A stretch of DNA of 64,000 bases from Candidatus Poribacteria bacterium. Its GTDB lineage: Bacteria > Poribacteria > WGA-4E > WGA-3G. Below are positions 48,222 to 57,107 of the stretch, one piece after another (positions within the stretch are counted from its first letter, which is position 1; each line of letters starts with the position of its first letter). The DNA lies in the NCBI GenBank assembly GCA_965205015.1, contig OZ242029.1:1856001-1920000 (forward strand), written 5' to 3'. The position numbers were made by a program, and so were the translations under genes. Below the pieces are notes generated by a model. It was not told the origin of the DNA. It saw only the letters and a program-made list of their open reading frames with translations, and made no database searches.

Positions 48222-49151
48222 TTACGAATCGACTTGCAAACTACCAACCAATTCCGCAATTGACACCATATCTGCATTTTTGAGGTAGATGTCAAGGCCT
48301 TTCACGATCTCCATCGATGCCTGTGGATTGACGAAGTTCGCTGTTCCGACCGCTACGGCGGATGATCCAGCGATGAAGAATTCCACAGCGTCTGTGGCCG
48401 TCATGATGCCCCCCATTCCAACGATGGGAATAGAGACGCTCTTATAAACCTCCCAAACCAATCTTAATGCCACCGGCTTTATCGCGGGACCTGAGAGTCC
48501 GCCTGTTACATTTGCGAGTTCTGGTTTCCGGGTTTCCGCGTTAATCGCCATGCCGAGCAGTGTGTTGATCGCAGAGAGCGCGTTCGCACCGGCATCCTCG
48601 ACAGCACGAGCAATCACCGTAATATCTGTAACGTTTGGGGATAATTTCACCAATATCGGTAAGTGGGTCTTCGCTCGGACCTCTTTGACGAGTTGGTGCG
48701 CCAATGTCGCATCAACACCGAAACTCATACCACCGCAGTCTAAGTTCGGGCAGGAAATATTGAGTTCTATACCGGCGACCCCCTCTGCGGTGTTCAGTTT
48801 CTCTGTTACGATGAGGTATTCCTCGACTGTTTTGCCACAGACATTGACAATCACGGGTACATCAAAATCACGCAGGTAGGGGAGTTTCTCCGAGATAAAA
48901 CCGTCTACGCCGACGTTTTGGAGTCCGATCGCATTCAGCATGCCGGACGGGGTTTCCATGATGCGTTGCATCGGATTGCCGGGCCACGGTACGCTCGTAA
49001 CGCCCTTAACAACGACCGCACCGAGGCGGTTCAGGTCCACGAAATCCGCATATTCACTGCCGTAGCCGAATGTGCCAGATGCCGTCAGGACAGGGTTTCG
49101 CATCTGAATCCCGCCGATATTCACACTGAGGGACAAATCTGTTGCATCCAT
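48222..49151 (-). CDS. pyrD: Dihydroorotate dehydrogenase, family 1
   Basis: ASGTFGYG, NAIGLQN, ELNISCPN, KLSPN, GGLSGPAIKP. Confidence 0.95.
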   Translation of the reverse strand: MDATDLSLSVNIGGIQMRNPVLTASGTFGYGSEYADFVDLNRLGAVVVKGVTSVPWPGNPMQRIMETPSGMLNAIGLQNVGVDGFISEKLPYLRDFDVPVIVNVCGKTVEEYLIVTEKLNTAEGVAGIELNISCPNLDCGGMSFGVDATLAHQLVKEVRAKTHLPILVKLSPNVTDITVIARAVEDAGANALSAINTLLGMAINAETRKPELANVTGGLSGPAIKPVALRLVWEVYKSVSIPIVGMGGIMTATDAVEFFIAGSSAVAVGTANFVNPQASMEIVKGLDIYLKNADMVSIAELVGSLQVDS

Positions 49152-49196
49152 TATGAAAAATGATAGCAGATTGACGTGGAAATTTCAAGAATTTTC

Positions 49197-49226
49197 TTGA
49201 CCGAATGGCTCAATCTGTGCTATAAT
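49197..49226 (+). promoter_or_regulatory. Putative promoter TTGACC-18-TATAAT with extended -10
   Basis: Consensus -10 with TGn. Confidence 0.55.
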
Positions 49227-49291
49227 TCCTTAGATAACGCACATCAAATTTAAATTTGTCTTTGCTTGGCATGCGTTGGAGGTGTTGCGGC

Positions 49292-49903
49292 ATGGCGTTC
49301 AGTGATTTCAAGACAATCCCTGAAGTGCAGGAAAAATTTCACATTCGACACGTGGAAAATGACTTTCTTAATGTTGAGGAAACCGTCGGGTTCCCTTCGA
49401 AACAATTTCTACAGGAATTGGAATTTAGTCGAGAATATATTGATATTTTTGCATCAGAGGCATCGCGGTGCGAAGCAATTATCTACCCTATTTTGCGGGA
49501 AGTCTATAAAGGGTATGCCGATGGCTATGCGCTTTGGATAAAAAAAACTATCGCCTACGATGAGACCCTCAACGGCACGCCGGATTACCTCGTCTCTACA
49601 CGATCGGAATTAGGAAAACGGGTTGTTGGAACACCTTTGATCATCCTCGTAGAGGCGAAGAAAAACGACTTTGAACACGGGTGGGGGCAATGTTTGTCCG
49701 AGTTAGTGGCGGCACAAAAGATAAATGACGATCCAGATATCCCTGTGTACGGTATTGTCAGCGACGGAACATGGTGGCAATTTGGATACCTTATTGCGGA
49801 TGCTTTCACCCAAAACAGAACGAGTTTTAGCGTAGATAATTTGCCACGCCTCTTTAGTGCTGTGAATACTATATTCAAATCAGCAAGTGAGGTTTCTGTA
49901 TAA
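49292..49903 (+). CDS. PD-(D/E)xK fold hypothetical protein (HsdR N-terminal-like)
   Basis: GTPDY...VEAKK...GWGQC...YGIVSDG..WQF; GGAGG RBS. Confidence 0.7.
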   Translation: MAFSDFKTIPEVQEKFHIRHVENDFLNVEETVGFPSKQFLQELEFSREYIDIFASEASRCEAIIYPILREVYKGYADGYALWIKKTIAYDETLNGTPDYLVSTRSELGKRVVGTPLIILVEAKKNDFEHGWGQCLSELVAAQKINDDPDIPVYGIVSDGTWWQFGYLIADAFTQNRTSFSVDNLPRLFSAVNTIFKSASEVSV

Positions 49904-49912
49904 AGTGATCGT

Positions 49913-50177
49913 CCTCTCGGCGTACCTTCCGACGAGGTGAAGAATCTTCGCTCCCGCAGATGCTTCTGTTTCGGAGGGACATCCCGTTGCGGGCTATTAT
50001 GGAACCCTATATTCCGTCCGTCCGCACCCCGACACCCACCCGAGCGACTTCACTTGGGGACCCTTGCGAAACTTTTTCATAGCCACGAGTTGGTTTCCCC
50101 AAGTCGCTTCAGTAGGTCCCTCAGCTTAACGTCTCAACACTCTCACGTAAGTCCCCATGTATTTATGCGAGATTCGC
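49913..50177 (+). ncRNA. Candidate structured non-coding RNA or transposon-end remnant
   Basis: Three successive stems (49913-49937, 49953-49993, 50042-50110); G-U pairs favour the plus strand. Confidence 0.35.
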
Positions 50178-50236
50178 AATTTTTATGGAAATAATTTGTT
50201 TTTTCGTGAAACTGTTATATACTTATAGTTAGATGC

Positions 50237-50389
50237 CAGGGCTATTTAGTTTATATATTTAGTTCATATTTGTGAATATTTTTGGCACTTTTGGGCCCCT
50301 CAAATCCCGCTGGCGAGGTTTCCTAACCTCGCCATATTGGAAAAGAAGGTGAAAACTCTCAAATAAATTCTTAAAACTAAATGACCCTG
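50237..50389. mobile_element. MITE-like element with CAGGG termini and an internal REP
   Basis: CAGGGCTATTTAGTTT...AAACTAAATGACCCTG (14 of 16 match); internal TGGCGAGGTT-TCCT-AACCTCGCCA at 50311-50334. Confidence 0.5.
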
Positions 50390-50419
50390 TGGCTGCCTTG
50401 ACGGGTCAGACAGGAGCCA

Positions 50420-52363
50420 TCACCAACTCAGGTAGACGACGCGAAAATCGAAGATCAACCCCAGAATACTAATGATGGATGCAACGATCACGTCCCCGAT
50501 AACCAAGCCGATGAAAAAGGGAATCGAACGTCTATACAACCGAACACCACCTGTTGAAAGCAGAATCCGTTTCACGATCCAGCTGATGAGGAGCGGAAAC
50601 CAGAGTCCAGTAAACGTCCACCAACTTGAAACCACGTAACCGACAGGGTGTAGAGGCCACTGAACGAATCGCCATCGCAGGAGCAAAAGGCTGACGGCAA
50701 AAGCAAATCCACCGGTGGTATAGAGCATACCGCTGATGCTCGTTTCGCTCGGATTGTAGAGCCATCCCGCGAGCCTGTTGAAAGCGGCGCGGGCATACCA
50801 CGAGCGTGCTTGTTCTAAGCCGACTTGGTAGGAGAGATGCAGATGTCCCCAAGCCGCGGAGAGCGCGCCTACGAAAATCGCGATCGCCAATACCCATAAC
50901 AGTTGGGTAGGATTGAAACGGGTTTGATGTGCGAGTTTCAATCCCTCCAATTGGTGCGGCATCGGATGCGCGCGATAGGAGAGATGGTTCAACCAAAAAA
51001 AGAGCGACATCACCGAGAGATTCCGGTTTCCGATGCGCCGTGTACCGAGAGCATCTGTCAAGAGCAAGTCTGGACCGGCGTTGTAAAGGTCATGTGCCGG
51101 TGGTCCCAGTTCGGCGCGAATACGGGTGATTGTGACCGACATCGCGAAATAGAGCACGAAAAATAGACCCGCAAACCAGAGCGACATTCCTGCCTTGAGA
51201 CAGAAGACCATAATTAAAATAAATCCGACAAGCACGCCGATTCCCGCTGTTCTGTAGCGTAACGCTTCACCTTCATCATGAGTCGTAGGAGATCGGTTAC
51301 TGAAAATCGTCTGTAACACTACTTTGACATGTGCGCGTCCCATCCACAAGGTCCAGAGAAAGAGTGCTATCCATACGCCCCGAATTTGTGCCATCTCTCG
51401 CGGAAATCCGATAGCACCTCGCCAACCGAACATTTCACCGACGATCCGTTGGAAGTGCCAAAACAGATGAAAGAACCAGCAGGAGAACCCCAAATCCAGC
51501 GGAATCAGGAAACCTACGCCAATCGCAAACGGGAAGAAACTGATACGGAACCCAGGATTGTTCATCGCGCTCCACGGCTTATCGGGAAGTCGGAAGCCGC
51601 GATACAGCGGAATTGTAGGGAAAACAGGATCGATTTGGTGTAGACTATAAAGAATGTTCAGAACAGCAGCAATACTTAATCCGACAACCATCATCCGTTT
51701 ATTGAAAAATAGGTGAGACGTCGTTCGCGCGGAGTTTCCTATATTTGAAGCGGCTCGTGTGATTTCGTAAGGGAGTTGTGCGATCGGATAGGTGAGCCGT
51801 TCATGTTCCTGCCACTGCTTTCGTAAAAGCACGTTGAGGCAGAGCATTGTCACCCCGATGACGAGGCAGAAGCCCACCCATATCAGGGTCGGCGGCAGCC
51901 ATGCCTCTATGTTTGTTTGAAGATAGAATGTGGATTCGCCTTTGTAGAAGCCTTGCAGTACCTCTTGTTTTCCGACGACAAGCCATTCGGGAAGGTGTTG
52001 ATGGAAGAGGTGTGCCCATTCGTTTTCGGTAGTTGCGTACCAGAAACCGTTACCCATTAACGGTACCAAAACCTGTAGCATATCGCGCCCTGCGAAAACA
52101 GAGGCTTGACATAGCATTGCATAAATGGTTAACAACTCGCTCTGTGTAAACGCCAGTGTAGGACGTAAACGCCGCAGAACCGCACTGAATCCAATAAGCA
52201 CAAGCAACGTAAATAGAACGTTAAACAGTAATGCCAAACTCGTGGGTCGATTGGAATCCCAGATATAACTGAGATGTAGAACCCAGTAACTATTAAAGGG
52301 GATGAGAAGGATACCGATCAGCGTTGCGCGTAGCGTAATAGGACTTTTTGAAGGGTGTTTCAT
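50420..52363 (-). CDS. OPT-related polytopic membrane protein (DUF6785/DUF6784-like)
   Basis: 647 aa; ELLTIYAM, RKQWQEHERLTYPIAQLP, RIRAELG, WPLHPVGY, PFFIGLVIGD. Confidence 0.75.
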   Translation of the reverse strand: MKHPSKSPITLRATLIGILLIPFNSYWVLHLSYIWDSNRPTSLALLFNVLFTLLVLIGFSAVLRRLRPTLAFTQSELLTIYAMLCQASVFAGRDMLQVLVPLMGNGFWYATTENEWAHLFHQHLPEWLVVGKQEVLQGFYKGESTFYLQTNIEAWLPPTLIWVGFCLVIGVTMLCLNVLLRKQWQEHERLTYPIAQLPYEITRAASNIGNSARTTSHLFFNKRMMVVGLSIAAVLNILYSLHQIDPVFPTIPLYRGFRLPDKPWSAMNNPGFRISFFPFAIGVGFLIPLDLGFSCWFFHLFWHFQRIVGEMFGWRGAIGFPREMAQIRGVWIALFLWTLWMGRAHVKVVLQTIFSNRSPTTHDEGEALRYRTAGIGVLVGFILIMVFCLKAGMSLWFAGLFFVLYFAMSVTITRIRAELGPPAHDLYNAGPDLLLTDALGTRRIGNRNLSVMSLFFWLNHLSYRAHPMPHQLEGLKLAHQTRFNPTQLLWVLAIAIFVGALSAAWGHLHLSYQVGLEQARSWYARAAFNRLAGWLYNPSETSISGMLYTTGGFAFAVSLLLLRWRFVQWPLHPVGYVVSSWWTFTGLWFPLLISWIVKRILLSTGGVRLYRRSIPFFIGLVIGDVIVASIISILGLIFDFRVVYLSW

Positions 52364-52418
52364 GTTTTTTAATAATGTACATTGCTATGGTCTGACAGAT
52401 GGGAGGAGATAACAGGAA

Positions 52419-52640
52419 ATGGCGATGATGGCGGTATTTGGTTTTGTTGTTATAGTTATGATATGTGGCGGTGTGCTATTGGCACGCTTGGCAACGGTTG
52501 CCAAATCTAAGAGGTCGTGGATATGGGGATTTTTCATTCTCATCGTGCTTATCTGCGTGCCACTTTTTCTATTGGGTCTCGGCGTGTGGTTTCTCCACTT
52601 TAGTGGAATATCGTCGGGACAATTTAGTCCATTTGGTTAA
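52419..52640 (+). CDS. Small two-TM membrane protein
   Basis: 73 aa hydrophobic; GGAGGAG upstream. Confidence 0.55.
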   Translation: MAMMAVFGFVVIVMICGGVLLARLATVAKSKRSWIWGFFILIVLICVPLFLLGLGVWFLHFSGISSGQFSPFG

Positions 52641-52655
52641 TAGCGCATTGCAAAA

Positions 52656-53348
52656 TCAGAGGTCTTCCTCCGCAGATGTTTCTTCTTGGGCAACTGGCGT
52701 TTTGCCTGCCAGATAAAGAAACCATATCGTAAGCGCGATTGCGATGAGAATCCACAACACTCCCCAAATCTCAGTCGCGATGCCTGTTATCTCCGAGAGC
52801 ATTCGGGCATCCGAACGGAGGTTGGATCTGTCCAAGACATCGCTTTTAATGTCGAGAATCGCGTAGAGACAACTCGTCACGCCGATAATACGTAATACCC
52901 AATCGTTGACAGCTTCTGGGAGATAAAAGCCGATGGCGATCAGCGCAACGCCAAAGCCGATGCCGAACAGATAGGTAAATGTGCTCTCGCCAAACCCTAT
53001 GGAGATAGCCACCATGCCGATGCCGATAAGGATACTAATCGCTTTATCGAAGCGGGTCCTCGCTGCCAAGAGTAGGATGAGTCCACCCCACAGCAGGCTC
53101 CCAAGATAGCCAGCAGTTAACGTCAAAAACCGAGAACCCCCTTGTGTCAGGGCATGCCCGCCTTGCTGCGGGTTAATTTGAATTTCTACAATACGCCCTC
53201 CAGTTGCGATTGCCGCAAGCCCGTGGCTCACTTCATGCATAAAGACAACGAAGATTTTGAGGGGATACACAAACGGCGTGTTCCATAAAAACCCAATACC
53301 GATGAAAATCAGGAGCAGCGCAATATAACGTTTAAAAATTGATAGCAT
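52656..53348 (-). CDS. M50B family membrane metallopeptidase
   Basis: HEVSHG, AGYLG, SDA; several TM helices. Confidence 0.85.
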   Translation of the reverse strand: MLSIFKRYIALLLIFIGIGFLWNTPFVYPLKIFVVFMHEVSHGLAAIATGGRIVEIQINPQQGGHALTQGGSRFLTLTAGYLGSLLWGGLILLLAARTRFDKAISILIGIGMVAISIGFGESTFTYLFGIGFGVALIAIGFYLPEAVNDWVLRIIGVTSCLYAILDIKSDVLDRSNLRSDARMLSEITGIATEIWGVLWILIAIALTIWFLYLAGKTPVAQEETSAEEDL

Positions 53349-53366
53349 ATTTTAATTTTTCCTACC

Positions 53367-53391
53367 GTAGGGGTAGGTCTTGTGCCTACCC
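53367..53391. repeat. GTAG-type REP
   Basis: GTAGGGGTAGG-TCTTGTG-CCTACCC. Confidence 0.55.
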
Positions 53392-53432
53392 GCACATTAC
53401 CGAATTAAATTCTTAATCTTCATTAAAAATGC

Positions 53433-53461
53433 TTGCTTTTTGCCACGGAATTTGATATAGT
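53433..53461 (+). promoter_or_regulatory. Putative aroC promoter TTGCTT-17-TATAGT with extended -10
   Basis: Hexamers and spacing read directly. Confidence 0.5.
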
Positions 53462-53517
53462 ATACCATAAGACGTTCAAAACATACAATTCTAAGTATGA
53501 GTTATCAGTAAAAATAA

Positions 53518-54624
53518 ATGAATACCTTCGGTCATCTTTTTCGGATTACAACCTGGGGCGAATCGCACGGCGGAGCTGTTGGCGTTGTCGTTGACGGGTG
53601 TCCACCGCAAATCGACCTGGATATATCCACAATACAATTTGAACTGGATCGGCGGAGACCGGGTCAAAGCCGACTCACAACACCGCGTCAGGAGAGCGAT
53701 GTCGTTGAAATACTTTCCGGTGTTTTTGAGGGAAAGACGCTCGGAACGCCTATCTCCATGTTGGTCTGGAATAAGGACGCGCGTCCGTCAGCCTATGAAC
53801 ACCTGAAAGACCTTTACAGACCTTCGCACGCCGATTTTACCTACCAACAGAAGTACGGTATCCGAAACTGGCAGGGGGGTGGTAGAGCAAGCGCACGGGA
53901 AACCATTGGGCGTGTCGCTGCTGGAGCGATCGCCAAGCAAGTCTTGCGCGAAATGTCCGGAACCGAAACACTCGCTTACGTCAAACAGATTCATACATTG
54001 GAAGCCGAAGTCGATGCAGACACGGTGACGCTCGAAGATATAGAGGCGAGTCCTGTCCGGTGTCCCGACCCGATTGTTGGTCCGAAAATGACGGAACGCA
54101 TTGATCAGGCGCGGCGGGATCTCGACTCTCTGGGGGGTATCATCGAATCGGTTGCTCGTCCTGTGCCTGTGGGACTCGGCGAACCGGTGTTTGACAAACT
54201 CAAAGCGGATTTGGCGAAGGCAATGATGTCTCTCCCCGCAACGATGGGATTCCAAATCGGATCCGGCTTTGCGGGTGTTACGATGACAGGGTCTGAGCAT
54301 AACGATCCTTTTTATCTCGAAAAGGACGATCAAACAGAGCGTATTCGGACGCGCACAAATAACTCCGGCGGCACACAGGGCGGTATTTCAAACGGCGAAA
54401 ATATTCTGTTCCAAGTCGCTTTCAAGCCGACAGCGACAATCGGTAAACCGCAACAAACTGTTGATATGCACGGGAATGAGGTGACGTTAGAAGCAAGCGG
54501 ACGACACGATCCCTGTGTTTTAGTGCGAGCCCCTGCTATTGTCGAAGCGATGGCAGCACTTGTCCTCACGGATCATCTACTCCGCCAGCGCGCTCGGAGA
54601 TCACACGATCCCGAAAAATTCTGA
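53518..54624 (+). CDS. aroC: Chorismate synthase
   Basis: [38 protein letters not shown]. Confidence 0.97.
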   Translation: MNTFGHLFRITTWGESHGGAVGVVVDGCPPQIDLDISTIQFELDRRRPGQSRLTTPRQESDVVEILSGVFEGKTLGTPISMLVWNKDARPSAYEHLKDLYRPSHADFTYQQKYGIRNWQGGGRASARETIGRVAAGAIAKQVLREMSGTETLAYVKQIHTLEAEVDADTVTLEDIEASPVRCPDPIVGPKMTERIDQARRDLDSLGGIIESVARPVPVGLGEPVFDKLKADLAKAMMSLPATMGFQIGSGFAGVTMTGSEHNDPFYLEKDDQTERIRTRTNNSGGTQGGISNGENILFQVAFKPTATIGKPQQTVDMHGNEVTLEASGRHDPCVLVRAPAIVEAMAALVLTDHLLRQRARRSHDPEKF

Positions 54625-54986
54625 TGCAGGGCCAAACAATCATAACCACACACGATGTCGATGAACTGTTTATTTCTACAGTGATTCGACTGATCCAGCG
54701 GCGCGCCTTCCCGAACCTCCGGAATATTATTGCCAAAACCCACTCAGCTGACATCGCTCGCTGGTTTCCGCACTTTCGGGTGTATGCATGGAAGTTACCG
54801 CTTGTTGTTACACTCGCTATTTTTCTCAATATGATCATTGCAGCGACGGTTGGCACGCTGATTCCGATGTTCTTCAAGCGGGTTCGCATTGATCCAGCTA
54901 TTGCGACGGGACCTTTCGTTACGACAGCGATTGATGTGGTTGGTATTTTCGCCTATTTTTTGTTGGCGAAAGCTTTACTCTTCTAA
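54624..54986 (+). pseudogene. mgtE: Internally deleted magnesium transporter MgtE
   Basis: MgtE-like N-terminus (HSADIA) joined in frame to the last TM helices (IDPAIATGPFVTTAIDVVG); 120 aa versus about 450 aa typical. Confidence 0.7.
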
Positions 54987-54999
54987 CTGGAACGGGACA

Positions 55000-55479
55000 A
55001 TGGCTACAGAACCGGAAATTAAAGGAATATCGCCTGACGAAACCTTAGAAACCTGCGCTCGACAGATAATCGTGAGTTACTTTTACGAAATGATGTCCTA
55101 CAAAGAGGGGGCTAAAGCGGGGATTGATATAGAGTTTGTCCACAATATGCGCGTTACCTCGCGTCGCTTACGAGCCGCAATGGACAATTTCGCTGACTGC
55201 TTTCCAAAGGGGTCCCCGTTCAAAAAACATTACAAAAAGATAAAGGCAATAACCCGAACGATGGGAGCCGTTCGGGATCTGGATGTCCTCATCGTCCGTT
55301 TTCAGAACGAATTGGTGAATCTGACTGCAGCGGAGCAGCCAGACATCCGAGGGTTGATTGCGCATCTACAGCGGAAACGGAAGGACGCGCGGAAACCGAT
55401 GCTGACACTCTTTGAGGAACTCGAAGAAACCAATTTTGAAACTGAGTTTTTGGAATTCTTTGGGGGAAACTATAATTAA
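55000..55479 (+). CDS. CHAD domain protein, N-terminal half
   Basis: DIEFVHNMRVTSRRLRA and MGAVRDLDV. Confidence 0.85.
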   Translation: MATEPEIKGISPDETLETCARQIIVSYFYEMMSYKEGAKAGIDIEFVHNMRVTSRRLRAAMDNFADCFPKGSPFKKHYKKIKAITRTMGAVRDLDVLIVRFQNELVNLTAAEQPDIRGLIAHLQRKRKDARKPMLTLFEELEETNFETEFLEFFGGNYN

Positions 55480-55482
55480 AGA

Positions 55483-56028
55483 ATGGCGAAAGCGCATAAA
55501 ATTACCGGTGTTGCACCGCTGCGGAGTTATCAGGAGAACGCACGCATCCTTCTTCCACAAAGGCTTGAAGAGGTTTATACGTGGGAATCGTTCATTCGGG
55601 ACGAGACGAAGCGTGAAGAACTCCACAATATGCGAATTTCCATTAAACGCCTCCGCTATACGATGGAACTTTTTCGCGTAGTTTATGGATTGCCGACTGC
55701 TGACAGTCAGTACGCTGAATTTCTCGCCGTAATCGTTGATTTACAAGAGATACTCGGCGATATTCACGACGCTGATGTCGTCTTAGAGGTTTTAGGGGAT
55801 TATACATCTCAATCCAAAAATCAAGGAGGACAGATGGAGGTTCCTCCGGGTATTTCTACACTCATTACTCGGACGGCGGAAACCCGCAAAACGGATTATG
55901 AAACGTTTTTAAAAAAGTGGGATCACCTCTCCGCTGCAGGTTTCAAACAGAAGTTGTTATCCATTTTTACTAGAATAGAAAAACCAAACATGCAAGCCCG
56001 TAACGTAGTGGAGGGCGGATCTACGTAA
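55483..56028 (+). CDS. CHAD domain protein, C-terminal half
   Basis: LHNMRISIKRLRYTMELF and LQEILGDIHDADV. Confidence 0.85.
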   Translation: MAKAHKITGVAPLRSYQENARILLPQRLEEVYTWESFIRDETKREELHNMRISIKRLRYTMELFRVVYGLPTADSQYAEFLAVIVDLQEILGDIHDADVVLEVLGDYTSQSKNQGGQMEVPPGISTLITRTAETRKTDYETFLKKWDHLSAAGFKQKLLSIFTRIEKPNMQARNVVEGGST

Positions 56029-56081
56029 AGGCAGATCATAGACTAAACCCGCCTCAACGAACCGCAAGGAAAGTTAAAAAT

Positions 56082-57056
56082 ATGAGTGCTAATGTTATCG
56101 GTGTGGATATGGGCGGCACCAAGATTCTGTCCGCTGTCATTGATGCAGAGGGGAATATCTTAGCCACAGCCAAAGTCCCAACGAAGGCGGACAGAGGCGT
56201 ATCCGAAGTGATTGATCGGATCGCAGGCTCTGTCCAAAAAGCGGTTGACAAATCAGGCGTTGCCTCCGATTCAATTCAAGCGATCGGCATTGGTGCTCCA
56301 GGACCGCTTGACCCTGCAACAGGTGTTGTCATTTTCGCACCGAATCTCGGATGGAGGGATGTTCCACTGAAAACAGAATTGGAAACACGTACCGGCTTTC
56401 CAACCTTTGTTGACAATGATGTGAACGTCGGAACGCTCGGGGAACACGTATTTGGTGCGGGGAGAGGCGTCCAGAACGTCGTCGGGATTTTTGTAGGCAC
56501 GGGTATTGGCGGGGGCATCATTCTAAACGGTAAACTGTTCCACGGTGCGAGCAAGACAGCCGGTGAAATCGGACACATCATCGTCAAAGCAGGGGGGCCA
56601 CGCTGCGGCTGTGGCACGCGCGGGTGTTTGGAAGCAATCGCCAGTCGCACGGCGATGACAAAGCAATTCCGAAAGGCAATTCTCAAAAAGGGAAAGAAAA
56701 GTGTGATTTCCGAGCTTACCGGCGGGGACCTCGATGCTATTCGGAGTGGGGTCTTGGCGAAAGCGATCCGCGCAAACGATAAGTTAACCCTCAAAGTTTT
56801 CAAAAAAGTAACGAAATACCTGGGAATTGGCATCGGTTCTATTGTAAATTTCTTAAATCCAGAGATGATTGTGCTCGGTGGCGGTGTTGTTGAAGCACTC
56901 GACGATACGTTCTTGGACGATATCCGTGCCGCCGCTGAAAAATACGCGCTGCCCAATACACTGAGCGGGGTTCAAATTGTACCGGCAAAACTGGGCGATA
57001 ATTCCGCTATTCTTGGCGCAGCTGCCTTGGCACGACAGCGATCCGAAGCGGCGTAG
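56082..57056 (+). CDS. ROK family sugar kinase (glucokinase-like)
   Basis: GVDMGGTK, DNDVN, GTGIGGG, GEIGH, CGCGTRGCLE. Confidence 0.93.
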   Translation: MSANVIGVDMGGTKILSAVIDAEGNILATAKVPTKADRGVSEVIDRIAGSVQKAVDKSGVASDSIQAIGIGAPGPLDPATGVVIFAPNLGWRDVPLKTELETRTGFPTFVDNDVNVGTLGEHVFGAGRGVQNVVGIFVGTGIGGGIILNGKLFHGASKTAGEIGHIIVKAGGPRCGCGTRGCLEAIASRTAMTKQFRKAILKKGKKSVISELTGGDLDAIRSGVLAKAIRANDKLTLKVFKKVTKYLGIGIGSIVNFLNPEMIVLGGGVVEALDDTFLDDIRAAAEKYALPNTLSGVQIVPAKLGDNSAILGAAALARQRSEAA

Positions 57057-57107
57057 CGAAACTGAGACCCGACGGTATCGTTTTATAAGTGCGGGGAGGG
57101 TAAATCC

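Noticed and set aside
49913-50177. SRP RNA, tmRNA, RNase P RNA or group II intron
   Set aside because: I could not find the SRP helix-8 motif, tRNA-like ends, the RNase P P4 consensus or intron domain V
49937-50194. 85-aa ORF in the structured spacer
   Set aside because: Atypical composition and no recognisable motif; base-pairing explains the region better
56082-57056. Polyphosphate glucokinase ppgK
   Set aside because: It keeps the CxCGxxGCxE zinc motif of ATP-dependent ROK kinases, which PpgK enzymes generally lack
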